Position numbers and translations under genes: made by a program
In this document: positions 1-11,399 of the stretch, in pieces
Layout: each line of letters begins with the position of its first letter
How positions within the stretch are numbered: the stretch's first letter is position 1
Notes under the pieces: model-generated
What the model was told of the DNA's origin: nothing
Database searches by the model: none
Seen by the model: the letters and a program-made list of their open reading frames with translations, nothing else
NCBI GenBank assembly: GCA_973895155.1
Contig: OZ316899.1
Span: 891,573 to 955,572, forward strand
Length of the DNA stretch: 64,000 bases
Source: Marsupella aquatica
Lineage: Eukaryota; Plantae; Marchantiophyta
Direction: 5' to 3'

Positions 1-2047
1 CTACCCTAAGTAAACTACCCCCTATATTTACTTTTCTTAACTTGATGGCCTTACACCTTTGGCCAAAGGTAAGTACCCTTCTCTAGAGCCTAACTCAAGT
101 GGTATGGGTGCAAGAAAGGTCAGCCCCTAAATCTGGTATTCATTCCCCTATGCCGACTTTGGTTTGCAAGTTGTCGGGACTCCCTCGTGGCCTCGGTTAA
201 AAATATATTTGAGTGATTACTTTTCTGGGGTTCCACCTTCACCAGGGGGTGCCTTATCTTCCCCTAACTCAGCACAAAAAAATTTGGGCCCCAACGGATA
301 CCTCTAGCCAAAGTTATGCCCATTCTCCCAAGGCCTGTTTTTGGTGTAAAGCGGGTGTAAGCGGCGGCCCGATTACACTTACCTTACATGCCCCTTATGG
401 GGATTCCACGTGTCATGAGGGGAGAGCACTCTCATTATACTCATGTTTCTTATGAAGAAATTGTAAGGACAGCAATGTTTGCAGCCATTTCTCTCTCGTG
501 AATTCAATCTAAAACCACAGCATTCTCTATTGGATTCTTTCTTGTGCAGCAGTCCAGCTGATCAGCCGCCAGCCCCTCAATTTCACAGCCACCATAGCTC
601 ACAGCCAGCCTAGTCAATTTCGCAGCTAGCTCACCTCTTCAATTTTGCCGCTAGCAACACAGTCAATTTCGCAGCTAGCAGCACAGTCAATTTCGCAGCT
701 AGCAGCACAGTCACATCAGCGCATTTACAGCACAACAACAGCAGATTTGAAGCACAGCAGCAGCAACCATAGCTTGATTCCTTCTCAGTCAAGCAGGTCT
801 CTCTTCTCAATTTCGTAGCTGCCCACCTTTGCAATTTCGCAGCTAGCAGCAGCATCATTCAATTCAGCAGCATCAAGGCAGCAGCCAGCCAATTCTCATG
901 AGCATCTCGTGCCTGATTAGTAGGAGCACCTCTAATCTAGTGTGCAGCTGTCATAGCAGCAAGCAGCCTTCCCAATTCAAAGCCAGCAGCGATCCTAATT
1001 TGCAGCCATAGCTCTTTTCCTTCTCAGCAGCCATAGCTTCTTCAATCAGCAACAGCCCTTGCTTCTTCAATCAGCAGCAGCCATTTCAATTCAGCCGCCC
1101 TTCCTTCAATTCAGCCGCCCTTGTGCTCAATTGATTCCTCAAGTAATCATGCAGCACCTTTGGACAGCCTCCCGGTGCTTGACGTCCTCACCAGCCTCGT
1201 GCTTGCTCCTCCTTGCCTCGTGCTCGCTCCTCCTTGCCTCGTGCTCGCCGCGTGATCGTCGCCCACGCGGTTTACACTTAGAAAAAAATACATTTTTTTT
1301 TGGAAAAACAGCATTTTGGGGCGATTTTGGACCCCCCTCCAAAACTCACACATAAGTCCAAAAGGACTTCTGAGTAGCTCCACTGATTCTATGGACATAG
1401 GACTATGTCCGGGTTTACTAAGATATAAACAAAACCCTATAACAACTTTTCTAAAATTAGGCAAAGAGGGTCAAGTCTTTATGTCTTCCAAAATTCTTCT
1501 CAACTTTGAGATGCTCCCAAAAAGTAACCAAGTGTGACAAAGTTGTCCCACAAGTTTCTAGGGATAGAGGGGACCATACTTAACCCACTTCCAAACTTGG
1601 AACCCCTACATTTACCCATCAGCTATTTTTCCCGGGACCCGCTATTTGGTAACTTTGATTTTTGCCAAAATACTTATAACTCCTAGGTTAAGACCCCACT
1701 TGACTTCATACTTTTTCAGGGTTCCCTAGGGACCTCCCAGCACCCATGGGAGAAATATCAGCCAAAAATAAGATGTCCGGTGTCGGGTCATTTTTCGGTC
1801 CCGACTTAGTCGCCTATTATAACTAAGGACGGAACTAGTTTCCTGCCCCTCCTATAGTAACTTGCTTACCCCTAGATAACTTTGCATAACTAAAATTCCC
1901 TCTTACCTCTACTAAGCTTCCCTTCTTACTTAAGTGCCCTAAACCTAGCTACTCTGATAGCACTAAAACTTTTTCCCTAACTATTTCCTCTTCTAAACGA
2001 AAGAATGTCATGTTTCTCTACACTAGCTGACACTGAGCCATCCCACA
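1..2047 (-). repeat. F1 3' LTR (partial, truncated by window start)
   Basis: Matches 9353..11399; ends ...CATCCCACA (minus-strand start TGTGGGATG) directly beside the PPT. Confidence 0.95.
612..712. repeat. 24-bp tandem repeat (AGTCAATTTCGCAGCTAGCAGCAC) in F1 LTR; also at 9964..10064
   Basis: Visible repeated units at 612, 661 and 685. Confidence 0.85.
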
Positions 2048-2061
2048 TAGCCCCCTACTTA
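2048..2061 (-). other. F1 polypurine tract
   Basis: Minus strand TAAGTAGGGGGCTA immediately precedes TGTGGGA of the 3' LTR. Confidence 0.85.
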
Positions 2062-2087
2062 AGTGTGCAGCGTCCCCGCAAACACAC

Positions 2088-5000
2088 TTATTCCTGATTA
2101 AAGTACCTTTTCAACCTATCATGATGCACTCTAGTAGGGAACACCTCTCCTTCAAGAGTAGCAAGCTGAATTGACCCATTAGCATAAACCTGGTGAACAA
2201 CATAAGGACCCAACCACCGAGTATGCAACTTGCCTGGAAAATGAGCATACCTACTGTCATAGAGTAATACCAGTTGTCCAGCAAGTAAAGAAGTTGGCTT
2301 CTTCAACTTCTTGTCATGATGTTGCTTCACTTGAGCTTGCTTCTTCTTCACTTGCTTGCTTGCCTCTTCCCGGATTTCCTCCAACTCCTCCAGCTGGTAA
2401 GCTCTCTCCATTAAACTCTGGTCAGCCTCCATTCTCTCCTCCACACTTACCCTCAAAGTAGGCACTTCAAACTCAACAGGTACAAGGGAGTGTTGTCCAA
2501 ATACTAGGTAGAAAGGACTATGGCCGGTTGTGGTCTTGAAAGCAAGGTTGTAGGAGTACACAGCTGAGTATAATTTGTCATCCCAATCAGTCTTGTGTGC
2601 CGCCACGGTTTTGTTCAAGATCTTGCCAATGATGCCATTAGCTCTCTCCGTTAATCCATTGGCCTTGGGGTGATAGGGGGTGGTCTTCCTATGCTTAATC
2701 AAGTAATGGTTAGTGAGCTCCTCCACAACTTCATTCAAGAAGTGAGTCCCCCTATCACTAACCAGCTCTAGAGGTGGCCCAAATCTGGTAAAAATCTGTT
2801 GATACATGAACCTTGCTACTGTGAGAGCATTATCCTTGCTGGTTGGTCTTGCCTCTACCCACTTAGTAGCATAATCAGTTGCAAGAAGGATGTATCGATT
2901 CCTTCTAGACCTGGTCACAGGAGTGATGGGACCTATGAAATCTATACCCCACTTCTCAAAAGGTGCAAGAGGTAAGATGGTGGTAAGAGGGTGATGCCTT
3001 GAGTGAGCTGGCTTACCTGTCCTTTGGCAAGGGTCACATCCCCTCACAAAAAGACTTACATCCTTATGAAGTGTTGGCCACCAATACCCTGCATCAAGAA
3101 TTTTCCTTGCTGTTGTTGCACTTGCATAATGGCCACCAGCCTCCTCCTCATGCATAGCTCTCATCACAATGGAGATTTCCTTCTTCTCCAAACACCTCCT
3201 TAGTCTCCCATCAACTCCTTCCTTGTGAAGGACACCCTTCACCAATAAGTAAGGTCTGATTTTTCTCAGGAAAACAGCAGCCTCCTCTTGGTTCAAATCT
3301 CTTGGTAGCCGGGTTGTGAGAAGAAATTGGATGATATCCAAATACCATGTATCTCCTCCACTTCCCACATGAAAGAGGTCTTCATCTGGAAACTGATCAT
3401 CCACCTCCTTCAAGTCCTCTTCTCCTTCAATCCTTGAGAAGAAGTCTGCATTCCCATGCTTCTTACCAGGCCTGACCCTCACCTCATAATCAAACTCTTG
3501 GAGCAACAAGATCCACCTTGCCACTCTACCAGTTACATCAGGTTTATTCACCATATACTTGAGAGCATTGTGATCAGTATGAAAGACCACCTTATAGCCC
3601 AACAAGTAGTGCCTAAACTTCTTACAAGAGTAGATGATTCCTAGAGCTTCTCTATCGGTTGGTGAGTAATTCTTTTCAGCTGGTGCCAATAGTCTACTTG
3701 CAACGTAGATAGGGTGATCCCTATTCTGGTCATCAAGTTGACTAAGCACCACACCAATACAAAAGCCAGACACATCCACATACACATGAAATTCTCTACT
3801 CCAATCTGGTGCTATCAAGATAGGGGCTTCAACCAACCTGTTCTTCAACTCCTGAAAACTTGCTAGCCTCTCAACTGAGGGTTCAACCTCAGCCCCCTTC
3901 TTAAGCATGCTGGTTAGGGGTAAAGCTACTTTAGCAAAGTCCTTAATGAACCTTCTATAGTAGTTTAAACATCCCAAGAATCCCCTCAACTCTGTCACTG
4001 AAGTTGGAAACTTGACAGCCATCCAAACAGCAACCTTCTCTTGGTCCACTTCTATGCCCTTCTTGGATACCTTGTGGCCAAGTAGTATCCCTTCTTCCAC
4101 ACCAAAGAAGCACTTCCCTGGGTGAAGCTTCAAACCAACTTCCCTACATCTTTGGAAGGTCATCCTCAAATGTTCAACATGGTCCTTCCCCCTTCCAAAA
4201 ACAGCAAAGTCATCTATGAATACTTCCAAGAACTTTCTCAAGTAGTCATGAAAGATATTCATCATCAACCTTTGGAACATACCAGGGGCATTACAAAGAC
4301 CAAAAGGCATCCTCCGAAAGGCATAAATCCCCCACTCAGTAGTAAAGGCTGTCTTCAACTGGTCCTCCTTCCTTATCCAAATCTGGTTGTAACCTGAGTA
4401 CCCATCTAGGAAGCTATACACTTCCCAACCAGCTACTAAATCAAGTACCATATCAGTAAATGGAATGGGATAGTGGTCCTTCTTAGTGGCCTCATTGAGT
4501 TTCCTAAAGTCTTGGCAAACTCGGATCTTAGGCTTACCATCCAAGCCTGGTTTCTTTGGTACTATGACAATTGGAGAAACCCACTCACTATTCAACACAG
4601 GATAGATGAAACCTGCTTCCAGCAATTTGTCTATCTCTTCCTTCACCATCAAGGAGTACTTGGGATTCATCCGATATTGCCTTTGTCTCACAGGTGAAGC
4701 TCCTAGCATCAAGTCGATTCTATGCTCACCAAGTTCAGGGTTTACACCAGTAAGATCCAAGTGACTCCAAGCAAACACATCCACATATTCACCTAGCAAA
4801 TCTTGGATAGTTTTCTCTTCACCTGATCCCAGGGCATTTCCCAAGTTGAAGGTCTTGTCTTGCTGGACAGAGATGGTTCTGTACTGCTCAGCTCGAATCA
4901 CCTCCATCTTGTTCCTCATTGTGGAGTCAAAAGTGCCCTCAAGTTGTGCCAACCTCATGCCTCCATAGACGGGTGCATTTTCAGCACTTAACTCCTCCTT

Positions 5001-8000
5001 CTCCTTGCTTGAATGCTGGTCTTCCTGAGTCTCATCCTCCTCTGAGTTTGCAGCCTTCAATTGGTCCTCTAGCTCCTTTATCTTGAGCTTTAACAAGGCT
5101 AAGTGCTTAGCCTTTAAACTCTGGTCATTACTCCTTGTCTTGATCTCAACTTGGGCAGCACCCTTGCTGGTCTGATCAACCTCCTGAGCCATTGTGATAG
5201 TGTCTTCTTGGTTGCTCTCCTTGGCTGAGGTCTCAGCCTGCTTCACCTCCTCGAGACTGGTCACTTCACTGAGACTGGGCAGAGGTGAATGGCTGGTAAG
5301 AGCCTCCTGCTCTTGCTCCTCTCCAAACACTTCTTCTTCAGTCCATTGGCTCACCATGTTCAACATGTATACCTCATCCTCATCAGATTCAGATTTGGTA
5401 CTCAACTCATCGGAAAGTTCAGAATCATATTCATCCAACTCATCAGTAGTCTCTCCTTGATGCTTGTCATGACCCCATGAAACTGAAGTGGCTGGTTTGC
5501 CAAACCTAAACTCCTTCTTGCCCCAATCAGACACTACTTTGGCTCCATATAGCCAAGGCCTCCCAATCAAGATTGGGTAAGTAGATGGCCTTGCTGGTCT
5601 CATCACCAAGTAATTCAACAAGAACTCCTGCCCCCCAATGAGAGTAGGTACTTGAGTAAGTGTCCCCACCGGTAGCACTCTTGCTCCATTTGCTAGCCTC
5701 ATTGTCCTTGCTGTTGGCTGAAGTTTCTTGAAACCTAGTTGTTGGGCAGTAGCCTCAATCATGATATTCACACCTGAGCCTCCATCAACTGGTACATACG
5801 AGAGTACACACCCATTTACTTGAACATCAATCTCAGGTGCTCCAAGGTCTTCACAAACCATCATCACATCAGCTGGGGTACCAACCTTTGGAAGCTTCCT
5901 TCTTCTCCTTCCTACCAACATCTCCTTCAGTTGCCTCCTATACAAAGGGTTGTCTTTGATCAGCTGCCCCACTGTAGCAGTAACCAAACAATCTTTCACA
6001 TCCTTCTTGATGTCATAAGAGGGTACCTTGCTGGTCTCTTTCTTCTCTTCCACCTCAGCTTTTTCCTTCAAAGCTTTAGCAACCTTCAGGTCTTTGTTGA
6101 TGGCCTCTTGATGCTCCTTAGCCTCCATCTCCTCTAGTTGCCTCTTGACTTCCTCATTCACCTTGGGATAGAAGAGCTTCGGATGGTCTCTCTTGTAGTC
6201 ACTATCTTCAGCTGGTGGGACTTGAACTTCTGCTCCAACTTCAACTTCGATTGGTGACTCCGTTGAGTGCTCCTTTCTCTCCTTCCTCTTCTTCCTCTCT
6301 TCCACTCTTTCCTTCTTTCTTGTGGACCTGGTAGACACCTTGTAACACACAGCTTCCTCCTCAGGTGTCTCCATTCCTGGTAGATCTGGCTGGTTCTCCC
6401 CACCAGCAACTTGTGTCACTCCATCTTTGGCCTCCTCTTGCCACTCCATACTCAAGAAGTTCACTGTGGCTTCACCGGGAGCCTTGGCAACCGCTGGTGG
6501 TGGTGCTTCTATCCTTCCTATCATCATCTTGGCAGCAGATCCAATAGGACAGTTGGCTGTGGTATGACCCTCCCTTTTGCACACAGCACAAAGAGGATAG
6601 GGAGCTCCTTGTCCCTGCCTCCTTGGTTCGGGGCAACTGTTGGAATAGTGCCCTGGTTTTTGACAGTTCCAGCAGATCACCACGGTAGTTCTTGCCACTC
6701 CCCCAGGTCCTTGAGGTCCCATTTGATCCACCATCCTTGGTTGAAGACCAGGCATCAGTTGAGGTGCCATGGGTGGAGCTGGTCTTCCTTGCAAAGTTCT
6801 TGGGCCTCCTGAAATCTGGTACACCATCTCCGGGGCTTCTTCATAGAAGTAGTCCACCACTTCACTTGCTTGATAAACATCGTTGGACTCTTCATTGACA
6901 TACTGAACTTGATTCCTCCAACCTTGACACTCTTGAGGTGTATGGCCAAAACTCTTGCACTTGACACACCATACATGGGCTCTATTCACCGGCACTTTTC
7001 TCCTATCAGGTTGCACACCAGCAAAGTGAACTGATAGGGCCTTGAGTTGGTTGGTGATCTCACTCATCTTGTTATCCATCACCTTCTTCTCCTTGGTTGC
7101 TGGTGTAGAACCTTCCACCAAGTTGAAGGTTGCAGATTTGTGGTGCTTACCACCTGGCTTCTTCTTGCTGGCTCTCCTCTTCTGGTCGCTTTTTCTCTTT
7201 GCCTTCTTCTTCTTCTTCTTCTTCTTCTTCTCGGAGTCCTCCTCAGAATCAGATTCTGAATCAGAACTGGAACTACTCTCCTCAGATTCCGACTCAGAAG
7301 TATCCTCAACTGAACTACTTGATTCACTTGAGCTAGAAGAAGAATCACTATAAGCAAATCGCTTCTTCTTTCTCCTACTCTTGGAACTAGAGATCTCAGC
7401 ACTCCTATAAGACTGAGCCGCCTCAATGGCCTCATCCAACGTATTAGGGTGAGATTGCCTTACTGAGACACCCATCTTCTTGGGTAGGCTTGCCACAAAC
7501 CAAGCCAACAACATGGAGTCTACTGGTCTGGGGTCAAGCTTGGTAGCTAACCTTTGAAACCTTTGCAGAAACCTCCTTATTGACTCCTTGGATCCCATTC
7601 TGATCTCTCCCATCTTGATCAGAGCTTCCGATTCTTCTCCCACCTTCCTAAACTCCTGCAAGAATGCTAGCTTGAAGGCATCCCAATCATTCTTGATGGC
7701 ATTTGATAGGCTATTGAACCAAGGTCTTGCTTCTCCTCTCAAGACCCCCGCCAAAGTGGTCAACTTAATATCAAACTCTCCATTGGCTTGGGCTGTCCCA
7801 ATGAAGTCCTCCAACCAAGCATCAGGATCCTCCTTGGGCTTGCCATGGAATGTCTTGTACTGAAATCTTGCTCTTTGAGTCACCACCATGGCTGCTTCTT
7901 GATCTTCACTTGTGTTGGTAGTGGAAGAAGATGTATCACTCCACCCTACACCAGGTTCCGCTTCAGCTTGCAAATGAATGTCCACCCAATCTGGTTGCTC

Positions 8001-8066
8001 CAACTGGTCACCAAAGTTGAAACTAAGAGAGGCTTCTTTTAGTGCTTGACTCCTTGTAGTGGGCAT
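2088..8066 (-). CDS. Gag-Pol polyprotein (single uninterrupted ORF; first ATG at 8066, ORF track extends to TTG 8156)
   Basis: Gag motif YKTFHGKPKEDPDAWLEDF, three CCHC knuckles, protease VDGGSG, RT FLDGYSGYNQI/PFGLCNAP/FIDD, RNase H YVDVS..EALGI..TDH, integrase GGH..CDPC/WGIDFIGP/SDRGTHF/ERANG. Confidence 0.97.
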   Translation of the reverse strand: MPTTRSQALKEASLSFNFGDQLEQPDWVDIHLQAEAEPGVGWSDTSSSTTNTSEDQEAAMVVTQRARFQYKTFHGKPKEDPDAWLEDFIGTAQANGEFDIKLTTLAGVLRGEARPWFNSLSNAIKNDWDAFKLAFLQEFRKVGEESEALIKMGEIRMGSKESIRRFLQRFQRLATKLDPRPVDSMLLAWFVASLPKKMGVSVRQSHPNTLDEAIEAAQSYRSAEISSSKSRRKKKRFAYSDSSSSSSESSSSVEDTSESESEESSSSSDSESDSEEDSEKKKKKKKKKAKRKSDQKRRASKKKPGGKHHKSATFNLVEGSTPATKEKKVMDNKMSEITNQLKALSVHFAGVQPDRRKVPVNRAHVWCVKCKSFGHTPQECQGWRNQVQYVNEESNDVYQASEVVDYFYEEAPEMVYQISGGPRTLQGRPAPPMAPQLMPGLQPRMVDQMGPQGPGGVARTTVVICWNCQKPGHYSNSCPEPRRQGQGAPYPLCAVCKREGHTTANCPIGSAAKMMIGRIEAPPPAVAKAPGEATVNFLSMEWQEEAKDGVTQVAGGENQPDLPGMETPEEEAVCYKVSTRSTRKKERVEERKKRKERKEHSTESPIEVEVGAEVQVPPAEDSDYKRDHPKLFYPKVNEEVKRQLEEMEAKEHQEAINKDLKVAKALKEKAEVEEKKETSKVPSYDIKKDVKDCLVTATVGQLIKDNPLYRRQLKEMLVGRRRRKLPKVGTPADVMMVCEDLGAPEIDVQVNGCVLSYVPVDGGSGVNIMIEATAQQLGFKKLQPTARTMRLANGARVLPVGTLTQVPTLIGGQEFLLNYLVMRPARPSTYPILIGRPWLYGAKVVSDWGKKEFRFGKPATSVSWGHDKHQGETTDELDEYDSELSDELSTKSESDEDEVYMLNMVSQWTEEEVFGEEQEQEALTSHSPLPSLSEVTSLEEVKQAETSAKESNQEDTITMAQEVDQTSKGAAQVEIKTRSNDQSLKAKHLALLKLKIKELEDQLKAANSEEDETQEDQHSSKEKEELSAENAPVYGGMRLAQLEGTFDSTMRNKMEVIRAEQYRTISVQQDKTFNLGNALGSGEEKTIQDLLGEYVDVFAWSHLDLTGVNPELGEHRIDLMLGASPVRQRQYRMNPKYSLMVKEEIDKLLEAGFIYPVLNSEWVSPIVIVPKKPGLDGKPKIRVCQDFRKLNEATKKDHYPIPFTDMVLDLVAGWEVYSFLDGYSGYNQIWIRKEDQLKTAFTTEWGIYAFRRMPFGLCNAPGMFQRLMMNIFHDYLRKFLEVFIDDFAVFGRGKDHVEHLRMTFQRCREVGLKLHPGKCFFGVEEGILLGHKVSKKGIEVDQEKVAVWMAVKFPTSVTELRGFLGCLNYYRRFIKDFAKVALPLTSMLKKGAEVEPSVERLASFQELKNRLVEAPILIAPDWSREFHVYVDVSGFCIGVVLSQLDDQNRDHPIYVASRLLAPAEKNYSPTDREALGIIYSCKKFRHYLLGYKVVFHTDHNALKYMVNKPDVTGRVARWILLLQEFDYEVRVRPGKKHGNADFFSRIEGEEDLKEVDDQFPDEDLFHVGSGGDTWYLDIIQFLLTTRLPRDLNQEEAAVFLRKIRPYLLVKGVLHKEGVDGRLRRCLEKKEISIVMRAMHEEEAGGHYASATTARKILDAGYWWPTLHKDVSLFVRGCDPCQRTGKPAHSRHHPLTTILPLAPFEKWGIDFIGPITPVTRSRRNRYILLATDYATKWVEARPTSKDNALTVARFMYQQIFTRFGPPLELVSDRGTHFLNEVVEELTNHYLIKHRKTTPYHPKANGLTERANGIIGKILNKTVAAHKTDWDDKLYSAVYSYNLAFKTTTGHSPFYLVFGQHSLVPVEFEVPTLRVSVEERMEADQSLMERAYQLEELEEIREEASKQVKKKQAQVKQHHDKKLKKPTSLLAGQLVLLYDSRYAHFPGKLHTRWLGPYVVHQVYANGSIQLATLEGEVFPTRVHHDRLKRYFNQE

Positions 8067-8172
8067 GCCACTCACAATCACCTTCTTATCTCCCTTCTTC
8101 TCTTGAACAGCAAACCTGCAAACACACCTCCAAGTCTTGTGGCTCCACTCCAACAAAAACTGTAAAGAGTTG

Positions 8173-8190
8173 TCCCCGGCAGCGGCGCCA
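8173..8190 (-). other. F1 primer-binding site complementary to tRNA-Asp 3' end
   Basis: Minus strand TGGCGCCGCTGCCGGGGA; one mismatch to the recalled plant tRNA-Asp end TCCCCGGCAACGGCGCCA. Confidence 0.85.
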
Positions 8191-8200
8191 AAAACAAGGG

Positions 8201-11200
8201 TGGGACTCTATGTCAAACACTTGCCAAGGAGCTTAAGCGGCTTTTCTCCCCAAAAGACTACCTAATACCTGCTCCATGTCATACCAGGGTCACAAAGGAT
8301 TGACAAAACTTCTGAAGTGTGCTTACAATGTCCAATCACTCCATACATAAGTAGTTTCAACTCTCCACTTCTAGAGAGGTAGTCCCCTTGACTACTTTTG
8401 TACTCACCCCTTCCCCTCTCCTCTACTCCAAGGATCAGCAAGGGGGATCTCCGCTCCAAGCTGTCACCTTAGAGTAGATTCTCACACAAACACCCAAGAA
8501 CCCAAAGTACTTTCCTCTTCAAGCTTAAGTCTCCTCAAGACCCTCAAAGTAGTGTTACCCCTCAACCTTGCCCCCCTGGCCTTGGTTTGGGTCCACACAT
8601 CCCCTTTGAGCCCTAGAGAAGGCTCCTCTATCTAAGGACTCTTCCTCTTGTTCTTACTTCTTGTTAACACCACACACCAAGCAAAGTACTTTCCACCCTC
8701 AAGCTATAATCCTCTCTAAGTCTCAAAGTAATGCTATACCTTAACCTTGCCTCCTTGGCCTTGGTTTTGTACTAGCACATCCCCTTCAAGCTTAGACCAA
8801 GATTATACCATAGCATGGACTCTTCTCTTGCTCTCATATACTTCAAATGCACTCACACTTAATGGTCACAATGAAGATTGGTAAGTCTCCTTTTATTGCA
8901 TCACCTTTACAACAAAAGTTCACTACACATTCTCCACACTAAGCATGGACCACCTCTCCTTTCTCAAGCTTAGCCCTACCTTGGCAAGGTAGAGATTTCA
9001 CTTAAGAGATGAGACTCCCGGTCCCTAACAAATGAAAACTTCCTCCTTATATACTATCTCCTTCCACATCACACCAAGCTTGACCTGGGGTCCAACTATA
9101 CCTCCCCCAAGTCCTCCTAACACACAAAGTCCAACTCTATAGTTCATAGCCCACCCTACTACTTGCTATTTTGCCTCCTTCCAAGCCCTGGAATATGCCA
9201 CACATGAGTGGTATGCTTTGACTTCCAAACCTACTCCCACTTATGGTCCTCCTCACCAGCTTACCAACCCACTTGAAAGCTCGCAAAAAGAGTGAGTGAG
9301 TCTCAAGTTGTGCCTAGTCAAAGTTGGCCTTATTTTACTTGTAACCCCTTTACTACCCTAAGTAAACTACCCCCTATATTTACTTTTCTTAACTTGATGG
9401 CCTTACACCTTTGGCCAAAGGTAAGTACCCTTCTCTAGAGCCTAACTCAAGTGGTATGGGTGCAAGAAAGGTCAGCCCCTAAATCTGGTATTCATTCCCC
9501 TATGCCGACTTTGGTTTGCAAGTTGTCGGGACTCCCTCGTGGCCTCGGTTAAAAATATATTTGAGTGATTACTTTTCTGGGGTTCCACCTTCACCAGGGG
9601 GTGCCTTATCTTCCCCTAACTCAGCACAAAAAAATTTGGGCCCCAACGGATACCTCTAGCCAAAGTTATGCCCATTCTCCCAAGGCCTGTTTTTGGTGTA
9701 AAGCGGGTGTAAGCGGCGGCCCGATTACACTTACCTTACATGCCCCTTATGGGGATTCCACGTGTCATGAGGGGAGAGCACTCTCATTATACTCATGTTT
9801 CTTATGAAGAAATTGTAAGGACAGCAATGTTTGCAGCCATTTCTCTCTCGTGAATTCAATCTAAAACCACAGCATTCTCTATTGGATTCTTTCTTGTGCA
9901 GCAGTCCAGCTGATCAGCCGCCAGCCCCTCAATTTCACAGCCACCATAGCTCACAGCCAGCCTAGTCAATTTCGCAGCTAGCTCACCTCTTCAATTTTGC
10001 CGCTAGCAACACAGTCAATTTCGCAGCTAGCAGCACAGTCAATTTCGCAGCTAGCAGCACAGTCACATCAGCGCATTTACAGCACAACAACAGCAGATTT
10101 GAAGCACAGCAGCAGCAACCATAGCTTGATTCCTTCTCAGTCAAGCAGGTCTCTCTTCTCAATTTCGTAGCTGCCCACCTTTGCAATTTCGCAGCTAGCA
10201 GCAGCATCATTCAATTCAGCAGCATCAAGGCAGCAGCCAGCCAATTCTCATGAGCATCTCGTGCCTGATTAGTAGGAGCACCTCTAATCTAGTGTGCAGC
10301 TGTCATAGCAGCAAGCAGCCTTCCCAATTCAAAGCCAGCAGCGATCCTAATTTGCAGCCATAGCTCTTTTCCTTCTCAGCAGCCATAGCTTCTTCAATCA
10401 GCAACAGCCCTTGCTTCTTCAATCAGCAGCAGCCATTTCAATTCAGCCGCCCTTCCTTCAATTCAGCCGCCCTTGTGCTCAATTGATTCCTCAAGTAATC
10501 ATGCAGCACCTTTGGACAGCCTCCCGGTGCTTGACGTCCTCACCAGCCTCGTGCTTGCTCCTCCTTGCCTCGTGCTCGCTCCTCCTTGCCTCGTGCTCGC
10601 CGCGTGATCGTCGCCCACGCGGTTTACACTTAGAAAAAAATACATTTTTTTTTGGAAAAACAGCATTTTGGGGCGATTTTGGACCCCCCTCCAAAACTCA
10701 CACATAAGTCCAAAAGGACTTCTGAGTAGCTCCACTGATTCTATGGACATAGGACTATGTCCGGGTTTACTAAGATATAAACAAAACCCTATAACAACTT
10801 TTCTAAAATTAGGCAAAGAGGGTCAAGTCTTTATGTCTTCCAAAATTCTTCTCAACTTTGAGATGCTCCCAAAAAGTAACCAAGTGTGACAAAGTTGTCC
10901 CACAAGTTTCTAGGGATAGAGGGGACCATACTTAACCCACTTCCAAACTTGGAACCCCTACATTTACCCATCAGCTATTTTTCCCGGGACCCGCTATTTG
11001 GTAACTTTGATTTTTGCCAAAATACTTATAACTCCTAGGTTAAGACCCCACTTGACTTCATACTTTTTCAGGGTTCCCTAGGGACCTCCCAGCACCCATG
11101 GGAGAAATATCAGCCAAAAATAAGATGTCCGGTGTCGGGTCATTTTTCGGTCCCGACTTAGTCGCCTATTATAACTAAGGACGGAACTAGTTTCCTGCCC

Positions 11201-11399
11201 CTCCTATAGTAACTTGCTTACCCCTAGATAACTTTGCATAACTAAAATTCCCTCTTACCTCTACTAAGCTTCCCTTCTTACTTAAGTGCCCTAAACCTAG
11301 CTACTCTGATAGCACTAAAACTTTTTCCCTAACTATTTCCTCTTCTAAACGAAAGAATGTCATGTTTCTCTACACTAGCTGACACTGAGCCATCCCACA
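8201..11399 (-). repeat. F1 5' LTR, ~3.2 kb (inner boundary uncertain by ~10 bp)
   Basis: Right 2047 bp match the left LTR; TGGGA at 8201 mirrors TCCCACA at 11393..11399; candidate TSD TGGTC at 11400..11404. Confidence 0.85.
8484..8830. repeat. Degenerate ~180-bp tandem duplication inside the F1 LTR
   Basis: Two copies of CAAAGTACTTTCC..CTCAAGCT..CTCAAAGTA..AACCTTGCC..TGGCCTTGGTTT..CACATCCCCTT..GGACTCTT. Confidence 0.75.

Larger units (their letters stand above)
1..11399 (-). mobile_element. Ty3/Gypsy non-chromovirus (Athila/OTA-like) LTR retrotransposon, family F1; left end beyond window
   Basis: Direct repeat 1..2047 = 9353..11399 (constant offset 9352), PPT, tRNA-Asp PBS, and intact gag-PR-RT-RH-INT order without chromodomain or additional RNase H. 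Confidence 0.95.

Noticed and set aside
612-1260. Short spaced repeats resembling a CRISPR array (also 25893, 31031, 55040)
   Set aside because: Contiguous tandem units without unique spacers, in eukaryotic TE context, with no cas genes
213-1537. Small ORFs in the F1 LTR (duplicated at 9565..10889)
   Set aside because: Short, overlapping on both strands, low-complexity products of tandem repeats, with no recognisable motifs
7201-7330. CTT microsatellite and Ser-rich run
   Set aside because: Encodes the ordinary poly-Lys/Ser segment of Gag, also present in F2 Gag
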